From Hemiscyllium ocellatum (Eukaryota), in contig NC_083413.1 of the NCBI RefSeq assembly GCF_020745735.1, positions 51,150,001 to 51,214,000 on the forward strand: a stretch of 64,000 nt of DNA, in the 5' to 3' direction. The translations under genes were made by a program, and so were the position numbers. Below the pieces are notes generated by a model. It searched no databases. It was given only the letters and a program-made list of their open reading frames with translations, and was not told the origin of the DNA. Of the stretch, positions 12,721 through 26,550 are shown in pieces (position 1 is the first letter of the stretch; every line of letters begins with the position of its first letter).

Positions 12721-14303
12721 TGTTTCCCATTTTAACTTTCCCTGTTTCTGACTGTAAAAGCTTATATTTGTCTAAACTTACCTGCGTCAATAGAAACATT
12801 TATAATCAGTTTCTACATTCCTCGCAAGCCTACTCTCGTACTTTATTTTCCCTCTCTTTAGTGCTTACCATGGTGATATCTAGTGTGGTTAAGGATGAAA
12901 ATATGACTTCCTGTCCTATAGCCACCTTTTTTTTTAAAAGGTTGTAATAAGGGCGTACCAGTTACATGAATGGGACAATTCCGGAGTCTCTCTCGCTCAA
13001 GTTTCTATCAGAGTGACTAATGCAGTATCATCAATTCAGAGGAGTTCACTCATCAAGTGGTGCCCTGGTTTTGTTTGTGTGTAGGTAACCTCAACCCATA
13101 TCTCCAAGGAAGGCAAAGAAGGAACAGCTACCAATAGTGGGACACAGAGAACAGGGTGCACATAAACCAAAGTCAGAAGTCTTCATGAACAGCCTGCATT
13201 TATAGACTGATTTTAATGTGGTAAAACTTGCCTGGAGGACAATAGGAAAGGGGAGAGTTTCAAGGCTGCTGGTTAGGGAGAGGGACAGTGGGATGATAAT
13301 ATGAAGGGATGTGAAGATGAATACCTGAATTTATTTCAATACTCAGTTACTGGAGCAAAATTAAGATCAAGAATGTTCTGATAGCATGTGTGATGCAGGA
13401 TAGAATATGGAATATGGAACCCTAATGAGCTCAACCATATAGAGAATGGAAAATGTCCTGGACTGCATTAAAACTGTTGAACTAAGAGACAGCAGAGTCA
13501 TGGTTTGGCTGAGGTAGGAGTTATGGTGCATTATGTTGTGGAGCTGGATGCAGATGCTTTGTGTTCTAGAGAGAAAGGAGTACTGGGATCTATGCTTTGC
13601 TTTTAGTTGATTAGGGCATGAGGTGAGTGGTCCAATGGCCTGAGACATTGGTGGAGTGATGAAACTTATGACGAATATTGTGTGGTTTCAGATCTGATGT
13701 GTTCTGCTTATTGATGACTGCATCTGTCAGTGTACATTTCCCATAAAAATACAACCATATTAATGTTCTGTGAATAGTCCAGTATTTTCATAATATCCTT
13801 ACAAAATCAAAATGTTACTGACCATTGACGTTTAACGGGATGGTTAGATTTTGCAGTTTTTCAGACCACTACGCTTTTGCTCTACTTTTTACCCACCACA
13901 CAATCCATTTGTGTATGCAGTAACTTAAGTTTTTTTTAGTTAACATAATTATGCTAACTCCATACAAAGATCTGCTTCAATTCCATTTTGATTAATTGGA
14001 AAGAAACTGAAAGATAAAGTAATTTTTATTAATCCAAATGTTCAGCTATGGGTTAGTTTATAGTTTGCCTGGAGTTAAAGCAGGTTTTAATCTTCCGAAT
14101 GTTTCTTGGGTAACTTTTCGGATCAGTAAATTGGAACTCTCCACAAACTCTAACTAAAAGTTAGAGAGATGTTTTTGTGGCGTTCCAAATCCTGCGTGAT
14201 TGTCCATCGGAACTTGAATTCCTTGCAAGGTCTGATGTGCATTTGTCAAGAGCTTGTCCAATCTCCCACTATCTGAAGACTGAAAGATCTGTACCATTGA
14301 CTA

Positions 14304-15023
14304 CAGAGGAAACTTGATTATCTGAATATCAGATTATCTGAAGGAGATCCTGAGGTCCAGATAGAAACATTACATCAAAGATGTGTTTCCAGCAGTGATC
14401 ATGTCAATTGTTTACAGTGGTTAAACAGGCACCGTCTCACCGTCTTCAAATGACTGACCTCCCGCCCTCTCTCTCCCCACACTTTTTCCCTGGAGTTCTA
14501 CAGAGGGGTGTACCCTTCAACTCTTCTTCCCCCCCCCCCTCCCCCGGCCGAAATAATCTTTTCAACATTGTCCTATACAGGGAAAACATGGAACCTATCA
14601 AAAATTTGCAGTAAAAAAGTTGTATGTGAGGCTGTGGATGTGTGTCTGTGTGCGCTATTTGGAGACTTACCCCACAAAGACAGCTGCAGCAGCAGCAGTC
14701 TTGTTGGTGTGCAGTCCAGCTGACCCAGAGAAGGGCCGAGGGTGGGCGCGGGGGGGGCGGTAGGGGTGGGGCTATATTGAGGGCGGGGGCTCACGTGCTT
14801 TGTGGTGGGGGCGGGTTTGGATAAGGTTGGGGGCGGGGTTGGATAAGGTTGGGGATTAGGGGCAGGGGCTCACATGCTGTGTGCTGCTGCACTCTCCTGA
14901 ATAGGGAGCAGACTCTAAAACTCCGAGACCCAGAGAAAAGGCATTTAATCGATTTTCCAAATAATCGATTATCCAAACGAAATAGTGCCCGGCCATCGCG
15001 TTCGGATAATCGAGTTTCCACTG
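14304..15023. mobile_element. Tigger/pogo-like non-autonomous DNA transposon
   Basis: TIRs CAGAGGAAACTTGATTATCTGAA / TTCGGATAATCGAGTTTCCACTG; TA duplication at 14302-14303 and 15024-15025. Confidence 0.8.
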
Positions 15024-15310
15024 TATATGGACTTTGTTTTGTTTTTGAGAGATTTGACTAATATAGGTGATGTGCGGGCCTGAGTTATGCATGTCCTTGA
15101 ATTTTGACGTAAATTAAAAATGTCTATAAGCAGCAAACCCCGTTCCCTAGTCTGGCCAAAGATTGAGGGTGCAGCAGCCTATCATCAAACTTGGCATCCT
15201 GTTTAACTCTGAGATAAATTTTGATTTGTGTCTTCTCTATCACCACATCTAACATTAAATGACTTGTGTGTCTACCCAGTTTCAGATGACTTGCTGCTAA
15301 ACCCCTGTTT

Positions 15311-18200
15311 GTAGACAATAGACAACAGGTGCAGGAGTAGGCCATTCTGCCCTTCGAGCCTGCACCACCATTCAATATGATCATGGCTGAGCATGGCTGA
15401 TCCTCCTTAATCAGTATCCTGTTCCTGCCTTATCTCCATAACCCTTGATTCCACTATCCTTGAGAGCTCTATCCAACTCTTTCTTAAATGAATCCAGAGA
15501 CTGGGCCTCCACTGCCCTCTGGGGCCGAGCATTCCACACAGCCACCTCTCTCTGGGTGAAGACGTTTCTACTCATCTGTCCTAAATGGTCTACCCCGTAT
15601 TTTTTAAGCTGTGTCCTCTGGTTCGGCACTCAGCCATCAGCGGAAACATGTTTCCTGTCTCCAGAGTGTCCAATCCTTTAATAATCTTCTATGTCTCAAT
15701 CAGATCCCCTCTCACTCTTCTAAATGCAAGGGTATATAAGCCCAGTCGCTCCAGTCTTTCAGCGTAAGGTATTCCCGCCATTCCAGGAATTGACCTCGTG
15801 AACCTACGCTGCACTTCCTCAATAGCCAAAATATCATTCCTCAAATTTGGAGACCAGAACTGCACACAATACTCCAGGTGTGGTCTCACCAGGGCCCTGT
15901 ACAGCTCCAGAAGAGCCTCTTTGCTTCTACACTCAATCCCTCTTGTTATGAAGGCCAGCATGCTATTAGCCTTCTTCACTACCTGCTGTATCTGCATGCT
16001 TACCTTCATTGACTGGTGTACAAGAACACCCAGATCTCTTTGTACTGCCCCTTTACCGAAATTGATTCCATTTAGGTAGTAATCTGCCTTCCTGTTTTTG
16101 CCACCAAAGTGGATAACCATACATTTATCCGCATTAAACTGCATCTACCATGCATCTGACCACTTACCTAACCTGTCCAGGTCACCCTGTCATCTCCTAA
16201 CATCCTCCTCACATTTCACCCTGCCACCCAGCTTAGTATCATCAGCAAATTTGCGAATGTTATTACTAATACCATCTTCTATATCATTAATATATATTGT
16301 AAAAAGCTGCAGTCCCAGCATTGATCCCTGCAGTACTCTGCTGGTCACTGCCTGCCATTCCGAAATGGAGCCGTTTATCACTACTCTTTGTTTCCTGTCA
16401 GCCAACCAACTTTCAATCCAAGTTAGTACTTTGCCCCCAATACCAAGTACCCTAAGTTTGCTCACTAACCTCCTATGTGGGATTTTATCAAAAGCTTTCT
16501 GAAAGTCCAGGTACACTACATCTACTGGATCTCCCTCGTCCATCTTCAGAGTTACATCCTCAAAAAAATTCCAGAAGATTAGTCAAGCATGATTTCCCCT
16601 TCATAAATCATGCTGACTCTGACCTAACCTGTTACTACTATCCAGATGTGTCAAAATTTCATCCTTTATAATAGACTCCAGCATATTTCCCACCACTGAG
16701 GTCAGACTAACTGGTCTATAATTTCCTGCTTTCTCTCTCCCACCTTTCTTAAAAAGTGGTACAACGTTAGCCACCCTCCAATCAGCAGGAACTGATCCCG
16801 AATCTATCGAATTCTGGAAAATAATCACCAACGCATCCACGATTTCTCGAGCCACCTCCTTCAGTACCCTGGGATGTAGACTATCAGGCCCCGGGGACTT
16901 ATCAACCTTCAGACCTAACAGTCTCTCCAACACCAATTCCTGGCAAGTATAAATTCCCTTAAGTTCAGGTCCTTTAGCCACTGTTACCTCAGGGAGATTG
17001 CTTGTGTCTTCCCCAGTGAACACAGATCTGAAGTACCAATTCAATTCTTCTGCCATTTTTGTTCCCCGTAATATATTCCCCTGTTTCTGTCTTCAAGGGC
17101 CCAATTTTAGTCTTAACCATTTTTTTGCCTTTCACGTATCTAAAAAAGCTTTTACTATCCTCCTTTATATTTTTGGCCAGTTTACCTTCGCACCTCATTT
17201 TTTTCTCTGCGTATTTCCTTCTTCGTAATCCTCTTCTTTAAAAGCTTCCCAGTCTTCCGTTTTCCCACTTATCTTTGCTATGTTATACTTTTTCTCTTTT
17301 AACTTTATACGTTTCTTAATTTTCCTCGTCAGCCACGGCATCCCATGCATCCTCCTCGGATCGATCTTCCTTTTTGGAATGAACTGATCCTGCATCTTCT
17401 GCCTTATACACAGAAATATCTGCCATTGTTCCTCCACTGTCATCCCTGCTAAGGTATTGCACCATTGAACTTTGGCCAGCTCCTCCCTCATAGCTCCACA
17501 GTTCCCTTTATTCAACAGAAATATTGTCACTTCCGATTGTACCCTCTCAAATTGCAGATTGAAGCTTATTGTATTATGGTCACTACTTCCCAATGGCTCT
17601 TTCATTTTGAGGTCCCTGATCAATTCTGTTTGTTGCACAATACCAGATCCAGAATTGCCTTCTCCCTGGTAGGTTCCAGCACCAGCTGTTCTAAGAATCC
17701 ATCTCAAAGGCACTCCATAAAGTCTCTTTCTTGAGGTCCAATACCATCCTGATTCTCCCAGTCTACCTGCATGTTGAAATCCCCCATAACAACTGTAGCA
17801 ACATCTTTGCAACAGGCCAATTTCATCTCCTGATTCAACTTACATCCGACATCTAGACTACTGTTTGGGGGCCTGTAGATAACTCCCAAGAGGGTCTTTT
17901 TACCCTTAGAATTTCTCAGCTCTATCCACACTGACTCTACATCCCCCGATTCTAGGTCCCCCCTCGCAAGGGACTGAATATCATCCCTTACCAACATGGC
18001 CACCCCACCCCCTCTGCCCGTCAATCTGTCCTTACAATAGCACGTGTAGCCTTGAATATTCATTTCCCAAGCCCTGTCCACTTGAAGCCACGTCTCAGTT
18101 ATCCCCACAATATCGTATCTGCCAATTTCCAAAAGAGCCTCAAGCTCATCCATCTTATTTCTAATGCTTCGTGTATTCATATATAGTATTTTTAATTTGT
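15311..18200 (-). mobile_element. CR1-clade LINE, near-complete but frameshifted ORF2 (APE endonuclease + RT)
   Basis: ORFs read NTRSIRNK..GITETWL..VIYRPP..MGDFN, SDHN, KSPGPD, NYRPVSLTSVVG, YLDFQKAFD, KFADDTKLG, LVRPHLEYCVQFW; 3' tail repeat. Confidence 0.96.
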
Positions 18201-18454
18201 TAGTATCTCAGTTTGACATTGTAATTTAATGACTTGCTTCTCTCACTTTTCAAAAATTCTTATGGACGTTGCTGGTAGGCCAGCATTTATTGTCTATGTT
18301 TAAGAAAGTCAGTGTATGGGGATACTCCTTCTGTCCTCCTCCCCTGTGACCTTCAGAAGCTTCTCCAGCAATTTTATTTCAGATCCCCAGCATCTGCAGT
18401 TCTTTTAGTGATATGCTGCAGTCTGCCTGTCTTGGGCTGAGACATCTTGTGAAT

Positions 18455-18645
18455 TTTGTGTGGTGCTGGAGAAACACAGCAACAGCATCCGAGAAGCAGG
18501 AGAATTGACGTTTTGGACATAAGCCCGATGAATGCGCGAAACGTCAATTCTGCTGCTTCTCAGATGCTGCCTGACTGGCTGTGCTTTTGCAGCACCACAG
18601 TCTTCGACTCTGACCTCCGGCATCTGCAGTCCTCACTTTCTCCTT
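18455..18645. mobile_element. Short fold-back element with 10-bp TSD
   Basis: Inverted arms around a collapsed hammerhead centre; TSD TCTTGTGAAT on both sides. Confidence 0.8.
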
Positions 18646-19304
18646 CTTGTGAATATTGTCTTTAATGTTTTATCGCTTGTTACAGGTGATCTGCTTAGAG
18701 ACTATGTGTGACTTTCTCAGGTATCCTTTTGATTTTTGTTGTATGCTGAGTTTTTTTTTAAAAAGATCCTTATGAATTATCCATTCATAAACTGGAATGT
18801 CAATCTTAGGCCAAGCTTTGGAAGAATATGCCAAGTGTTTCATGCTGCATTCTGAGATTTGTAATCGCGCTGCTTGGGTTTTATTGTTAATGGTAAAGGT
18901 ATAGCACTTGCTATTCATTTATGCATAAGTTTATCTGCAATATCTATGGGCTTTTATGTTGTCAGAACAGTACTGCATTCTTTAGAGGAGCTCTATTTAA
19001 GCAAGGCAAGTAACAGTGTGCTTTTCTGCAACCAATCAGATTTAAGGTTCCTATCTGAGTCATAGGGAAGTACGAATTTAGAGCAATAACTCAATGCCAA
19101 GTCACCTTCATGAAATTGAAATAAAGGCCAAGTGAACTTAGAGATACAAGTAAAGAAAATTTGTTCAACCTATTTTTAAAATAAACTAAATTTGATAAAA
19201 TGAAATCCAACACTTGACAGAATTAATCTTCTGTACCAGAAAAGTTATTTGGCATCCATTAAAATTGATCACATCATTAAAATTTCACTTGTACCTGAAT
19301 TGAA

Positions 19305-19508
19305 AGAGCTGAAAATGTGTTGCTGGAAAAGCGCAACAAGTCAGGCAGCATCCAAGGAACAGAAGAGTAGACATTTCGGGCATAAGCCCTTCTTCAGGAA
19401 TCCTGAAACGTCGAATCTCCTGTTTTTTGGATGCTGCCTGACCTGCTGCGCTTTTCCAGCAACACATTTTCAGCTCTGATCTCCAGCATCTGCAGACCTC
19501 ACTTTCTC
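19305..19508. mobile_element. Short fold-back element carrying a hammerhead motif, with ~16-bp TSD
   Basis: TSD CCTGAATTGAAAGAGC at 19294-19309 and 19509-19524; minus strand CUGAAGA-A-GGGC-UUAU-GCCC-GAAA-U-GUC at ~19365-19402. Confidence 0.85.
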
Positions 19509-19870
19509 CCTGAATTGAAAGAGCCAAATTTTTTCTATTATGTCTATGTCGGGAGTGTATTTGAAAGCTGAGACTCTTGGTGATGCAGCAAATCCGGTGG
19601 AGAGCAGGTTAAATCATAAGTAAAGCTTATTGATTTTCTGCTTAAGATTGTGTGTGGGTACTAGAAATTTTTAATACCTTGAGCATCAGTTGTCTTGTTT
19701 GCAAAATCTAGGTGTTTTCTGCAAATGCAAATAGAAATTTTGTTCAGATAGTTTAAAGAAGATAGTTTATGTTGTCAAAAAGTTGCTCGATTAAATCACC
19801 ACACAAAACTCATTGCTCAATAAGTGCTCAAATATTTGCTAATTTGTTGCTCATGGGGCACGTGTCACTT

Positions 19871-20135
19871 GATTTAGATTACTTACAGTGTGGAAACAGG
19901 CCCTTCGGCCCAACAAGTCCACACCGACCCGCCAAAGTGCAACCCACCCATACCCCTACATTTGCCCTTTACCTAACACTACGGGCAATTTAGCATGGCC
20001 AATTCACCTGACCCGCACATCTTTGGACTGTGGGAGGAAACCGGAGCACCCGGAGGAAACCCACGCAGACACTGGGAGAACGTGAACCCGCGTCTCTTTC
20101 TCTGTGAGGCAGCAGTGCTAACCACTGTGCCGCCC
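19871..20135 (-). mobile_element. HE1/V-SINE with internal deletion
   Basis: Reverse complement of the SINE at 44134-44449. Confidence 0.9.
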
Positions 20136-21356
20136 ACAAATGTTGCAATGTTTTCTGAAACCTGGATTTGAATCCTGCTCAAAGTGACAATATTTATTTT
20201 ATTTGGTTATAAGAGTTCTGTGCATTTAAAAAACATGCCACAATTTCTCCTTTATGCTTGTGGTGTGCCAAATAGAATTGCTCCTAATTTGGATAAACTG
20301 CTACCCAAGTTAAATATCCACTGGTGTTATGGAGATAAAGATTTCACAACTGCCTTAAATTTTCTAGAGGTTGAAACAACTGGGATATAAAATGCGTTTT
20401 GTATTGCAAATCATGTTGTATATGGCTTTTAATATCTGACTTAATTGGTTGTGACATGCTTTGGAATATTGAGCAGGTAAAATTTGCTAAAATCTTTCTT
20501 TACTAACAAGTTAATTTATTTTAACACCTATGGAGTAATCAATTTTGAATGACCAATTTAATAAAACATTTTTGTATTTTTTATTGCGGAATGCATACAC
20601 TTTTCAGCAAGCCATTTAATTAGAATATTGATGGCTTCAATTAGCTATCCTTTGGCTTTGCAATGTTGTTATTGTTTAATATTGGGCCAACTGTTCCCAA
20701 CTAGATTGAAACAGCCAATCAAATTAGACCGGAAGGAAGTCTGCAATTCACTATTGAGTTATATGCTCAGCTTCTGTATAAGCTTTTAAGGCTTGGCATC
20801 TTATTTGGGTGTTTTTGTATTAGACAGTTCCAAATTTATATAGTGCACTTTTATCCTTATCATTGCTTGTATCTATGTATATTGTAAAGAACCTGAAAAT
20901 TTTGATTGATTCATAGCAAAATTGACTGTTTATATTTACCATCCTTAAATAGAAACTGGCTACGTGTTGCATGTTTTTCATATTACTGCTGGCATTTGCC
21001 ATTCATTCTACATTTTAAAGAAAATTTGTAGTCAATTTCCATCCATTTTGATCAGAACAACTCAAATTGAGTATGCTGTTTCATGTTCTGAAATCCTCCT
21101 AAATCCTGATTTGTGGTTCTATACATGACTAGTTTTTTTTCCAACAATTTCAGTTCACACCATTTTACACTCGGTGAAAGTTTTGACATGAAGAAAAGCA
21201 AAAAGCTGGAAGTGCTTAACTTATTCTATGCAGTATTTTAATGTTTATTTCATTTTTTGTGCAATAGTGGCTCACCCTTTTACAAGGAGGACAGAAGAGG
21301 ACTGACTTGGCACTGAATGCCTCTGCAGCACTTTTTCAGTAATAGAGTGTGATTAA

Positions 21357-21485
<129 letters not shown>

Positions 21486-21812
21486 TGACTGTAAAATAGA
21501 AGTAGACTACAACAGAAAAGCAGAGTGAACCAAAGAAACAGAGAGGCAATGCTTAGGTAACGTATGATAGAGAAACAAGCTAAGAAAACTTGAAAAGTGT
21601 GTTGTTAAGACAAATATCTCTTCTGAAATTCAATAAATGTGTGGTTGAGTTTGCCAAATTTTTTTTCATTCAAAGTAACAGGATTCCCATACAATATTTG
21701 TGAATAAATATTTTCCAAACAATATACATACCCATCTTTGCAAATCTAGTTCTATATTTGAATCAGGTATTAACATTGCAAACTGCTAAACTTTAAATCT
21801 TTTTTCTCACAG

Positions 21813-21866
21813 CTGGAGCATGTTAATCTGTCAGCTGCACAGACACTTAGAGCTGCTTTCATTAAG
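21813..21866 (+). CDS. PDCD10: PDCD10 coding exon 2 (LEHVNLSAAQTLRAAFIK)
   Basis: 54 nt, tttttctcacag| ... AAG|GTAAGT, phase 0/0. Confidence 0.97.
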
Positions 21867-23384
21867 GTAAGTTTAATTGCTGTTATAAATGAAAACTAAA
21901 TTACTGTCAATTCAGCTGCCTGATTTGTACTTTAACCTTGCATTTTACTTAGCTGTTCAATGTTTAGGGTTTAGCATTTCAGATGCTAAACTTGATAACT
22001 AGCAGTATTTATAAATATTGGCAAATTTTGGCCAAAAAATGTTCATGATCCCTTTAAAGCAGACTTTATATTGAAGAATTTCAAATATTAGTAAAAATAT
22101 GACTGTTTGCTACCCTCAATCACAAGGGACACATTCACTGTCAATGCAATCCCAGTACCTAAGACATTACTGCTAGCAATGCTACAGGCAGTTGTTTGTA
22201 CTAAAGAATAGAAACATCTGTAACATTGAGCAATGCACAAATATTTTAACAAGTACAATACCAATAAAAGTGCTTTTCTTTCTCCAAAATGTTTTAGCTC
22301 AATTCACTTCAATTCCAGGGATTCAATGTCCCAATCGCAACATTTGACCACTCTGGCCATGCTGCTCTCTCACTCTTCCCCTGCCTGCTCTTTCACTGTA
22401 CGTGAGGGAGCAGGGTAATGGTAATGAAGGGTTGAGAGCAGTGCAATGAGCAAGGGTAAAGAGTGCACGTTGTTGTGGTCAGTGACATTGAGTATGTGCC
22501 TATGACCTGTGAGCCTCTGGTTCCAATTGCATGTGGGTGATGTCAGTGACACCAACTTTCTGCTGTAGTGTAGTGGCATGAGATACAATGATAAAACATT
22601 TGACCAATAACCTATGTAGGATAAAGTGCTATCTACTCTTACTTGGTATGCTTTTAAAGAAACTTCTGAATATTGTTTTGGCTCCAGTACAGCTGCTATT
22701 TTCTCTCCTTGCAAGCCTTTTTTATTTACTAATTCACTGATTGATGCCTGATTTGCAGGCATTTCTGAAACTTTATTCCATGCCCAATATAAATGATAGT
22801 TTTGGCAAGAGTTTAACTTGAGTTAATTATGAAGTTAATCCGTTCAAGATAGGACACGCCTGTTTTCAAGTGTTTGTTTATGCTTTCTTTTTAAAAAAAG
22901 TCCTCAATCCCTCATGTCAATTTTAACATTGTCTTTATAAAGTTTTCTGTGCACTGTGCACTTCCGTAAACAGTGGTGTTATAACATGTAGAACAGTGTG
23001 TAATGATTCACTAAGCTGAGTAATAGTGAGCTTGCACTGTCCTGTCCTTTTGAGTTTGTTCAGATTTCACTCTGATTTGATGATCTGCTGGCTCCTTAAT
23101 AAAATGGCTTTCTGGAATCTCCATTGGTGGCTGAGTCTGGCCTAAAATCTCTTAACTCCTTGCATCTTGGCATTATGTTGCTGGTCTTGAATAGTGTAAC
23201 AATGATATGGGTTGGAAAATTCCATTGTACAGTCCTTTTCAATTGAAAACTATGTTAGTATATTTGACAGCCCAAAATTCAATGACATTTGAGGATATTC
23301 TTCACTTTTTAAAAAAAAGTCTTGAATGAGACATGCTGGAATGAATAATGTTGATACATCCTTTTGCAGTTATTCTCCAATTTG

Positions 23385-23900
23385 GAATCATGGAAACAGA
23401 CTCTTCAGTCCATCCTGATCATAATCCCAAACTAAACTAATCCCACTTACCTGTGCTTGGCCCATATCCCACCAAGCATTTCTTATTCATGTATTTATCT
23501 AAATGTCTTTTAAACCATATAACTGTACCTACATCCACCACTTCCTCTGGAAGTGCATTCCACACATGAAACACTGTTTAAAAAAAAAAGAATATTGCCC
23601 TTCATGTCCTTTTTAAATCTTCCCCCTTTTAAAAATGTGCCCCCAGTCTTGAAATCCCTCACCTTATCTAAACTCATAATTTTATAGACCTCTATAAGGT
23701 CACTCATCAAACTCCTACGCTGCAGTGAAAAAAATCTCAGCCTGTCCTTATAACTCAATCCCTTCATTCCTGGCAACATCCTGGTAAATCTCTTCTCAAC
23801 TTTCTGCAGCTTAACAATTTCCTTCCTATAACAGGGCAACCAGAACTGGACACAGTACTCCAGAAGAGACCTCACCAATGTCCTGTACAACTTCACATAA
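23385..23900 (-). mobile_element. CR1 LINE 3' fragment
   Basis: ORF 23510..23932 LYRTLVRSLLEYCVQFW...RFTRMLPG. Confidence 0.9.
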
Positions 23901-24289
23901 CAATTTGTTGAACTTTTGCAACTGAAAATCAAGTAGCATTACTGAAGAGCATAGCTTGCTATTGAGATAGTGACTTCACTGCTGGGAACATGAGAAAACA
24001 GAACAATACAAATCTAAAGAGGGGTACAAATTTGAAAATCAGTCACTTCTACTGTAACACTGAGAGCAATCTTGTTTGTAAATTAATATTCTTTGCTGAG
24101 AACAACCAATTCTGTCCAAGAAAGAGAACACAATACAGGCAATCACTCCATGCTTGTTTAGCTGAAATGAGAAAATTCTGGAATGTTTTATTACATTAGG
24201 TCTTCATATATGAACTTCAATCAACATTACTACCTCTTTTAATCACACTCAAAATCCCCCTAATATTGTATAAGTTGTATTTTAGAAAA

Positions 24290-24437
24290 GGTTAGGTGAA
24301 GTAGCCATGCTAAATTGCCCGTAGTGTTAGGCGCAGGGGTAAATTTCGGGGAATGGGTCTGGGTGAGTGCGCTTCGGCGGTCGGTGTGGACTTGTTGGGC
24401 CAAGGGCCTGTTTCCATACTGTAAGTAATCTAATCTT
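24290..24437 (+). mobile_element. HE1 SINE 3' fragment
   Basis: ccatgctaaattgcccgtagtgttagg...gtaagtaatctaatct tail. Confidence 0.85.
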
Positions 24438-24704
24438 AAAAAAAAGAATTTCAAAGTTGTTTATAAAGAAATTAGAAAAAATTAGGGAAGTGTTCTTTAA
24501 AACTCTCTGCTTGATCACTTTGTATGCAGAAACAAAATAATAAGACCATAAGATATAGCAGAAATTAGGCCATTCAGCCCATTGAGTTTGCTCTGCCATT
24601 CAATCATGGCTGATAAGTTTCTCAACTCCATTCTCCAACTTTCTCCCCATAATCCTTGATATGAAAGAATCTATCCATCTCAATCTTAAATATACTCCAA
24701 CAAT

Positions 24705-26550
24705 TCTGGATATAGGTTTGCTCACTGAGCTGAAAGGTTCGGTTTCAGACATTTTGTCACCATACTAGGTAACGTCATCAGTGAGCCTTCGGATGAAGCA
24801 CTCGTTGTCTGGCCCACTTTTTATTTGTGATTAGGATTCTTTGGGTTGATGATGTCATTTCCTGTTCTTTTTCTCAGGGGGTGGTAAATAGGATCCAAGT
24901 TAATGTGTTTGTTGATAGAGTTCCGGTTGGAATGCCATGCTTCTAGGAATTCTCATGTGGGTCTCTGTTTGGCTTGACCTAGGATGGATGTGTTGTCCTA
25001 GTCAAAGTGGTGTCCTTCCTTATTTGTATGTGAAGATACGAGTGAGAGTGAGTCATATCCTTTTGTGGATAGTTGATGTTCGTGTATCCCGGTGGCTAGT
25101 TTTTCTGGCTGTTTATCCAAGGTAATGTTGTTACAGTTCTTGCAACATATTTTGTAAATGACATTATTTTTGCTTGTCGGTATAGGGTCCTTCAAGTTCG
25201 TTAGCTGCTGTTTTAGTGTGTTGGTGGATTCGTCGGCTACTGTGATGCCAAGAGGTCTGAGTAGTCTGGCAATCATTTCTGAGATGCCTTTAATGTAAGG
25301 GAGTGAGGCTAAGGTTTCTGGACATGTTTGTCTGCTTATTTGGGTCTGTTGCTGAGAAATCGGCGGTCCCTGTTCATTGGGTACTTGTTCTTTTTGAATA
25401 CACTGTGTAGGTGGTTTTCCTCTGTTCTGGATATTTTCTGTGCTGCAGTGTGTGATGGCTCATTGAAATAATGTTCTAATGCAGTTTTTTTTGTGGATGT
25501 TGGGATGATTGCTTCTGTAGTTATGTATTTGGTCCATTGTATATGCTGGTTTGAAATTCCCCATTGACTGTTCGTTCTACTGCAACATCTAGGAGTGTCA
25601 GTTTGTTGTTTTCCTCCTGTAGTTAATTTTATGCCAGTAAGCGTACAATTGATGGTCTTGAAGGTTTCATTTAGTGATGACAAAGGTGTCATCCACGTAG
25701 CGGGCCCAAAGTTTGGGTTGGATGTTTGGCAGAGCTGTTTGTTAGAGTCTCTGCATTACTGCCTCTGCTAAGAACCCTGATATCGGAGAGTCCATGGGTG
25801 CTCCATTGGTTTGTCTGTAGGTTTTGTTTTGAAGGTAAAGTGGATGGTAAGGCATAGGTCCACTAGCTTGACTATGTTGTCCTTGCTGATGAAGTTGGTG
25901 GTATTTGGTGTACGTGTCTTTTGGTTCTTCAAATAGTGTAATCAGTGGCCAAGTTGATGTTGATTGATGTGAACAGGGCTGGTACGTCAAAGAGATTGTT
26001 ATTTCATCCTCTTCTATCTTGGTGACTTTGATCTTCAGGAATTCTTGAGTAGAGTGGATAGGGTGACATGAGTCTTCTACTAAGTGTTTTGGTCTTTGGT
26101 GTAGCTCCTTGACTAATCTGTAAGTTGGTGTATCAGGTAGTGAGACGATGGCTCCTGAGAGGGCTCCCACTCTCACTAGTATCTTTACATACAGATGAGG
26201 AAGGACACCACTTCGACTGGGACAACACATCCATCCTAGGACAAGCCAAACAGAGACCCGCATGAGAATTCATAAAAGCATAGCATTCCAACAGGAACTC
26301 TATCAACAAACACATTGACTTGGATCCCACTTACCACCTCCTGAGAAAAAGAACAGGAAATGGCATCACCAATCCAAGAGAACCTACACACATATAAAAA
26401 GTGGGCCATACCACCAGTGCTTCATCTGGAAGTTCACTGATTGTTACCTGGTATGGTGACGAAATGTCTGAAACTGAACCTTCCAGCTCAGTGAGCAAAC
26501 CTACATCCAAACTTCAACATGAGCTGCAAATCTTCTCACAACTTGTTAAT
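24705..26550 (-). mobile_element. Penelope-like retroelement (RT + GIY-YIG remnants) with an inverted terminal copy
   Basis: YRQTNGAPMDSPISGFLAEAVMQRL, WARYVDD (~25690-25710), NVIYKICCKNC. Segment 26165-26510 is an inverted copy of 24705-25060. Confidence 0.9.

Noticed and set aside
15445-17734. Plus-strand ORFs over the large CR1
   Set aside because: Antisense shadows of LINE ORF2.
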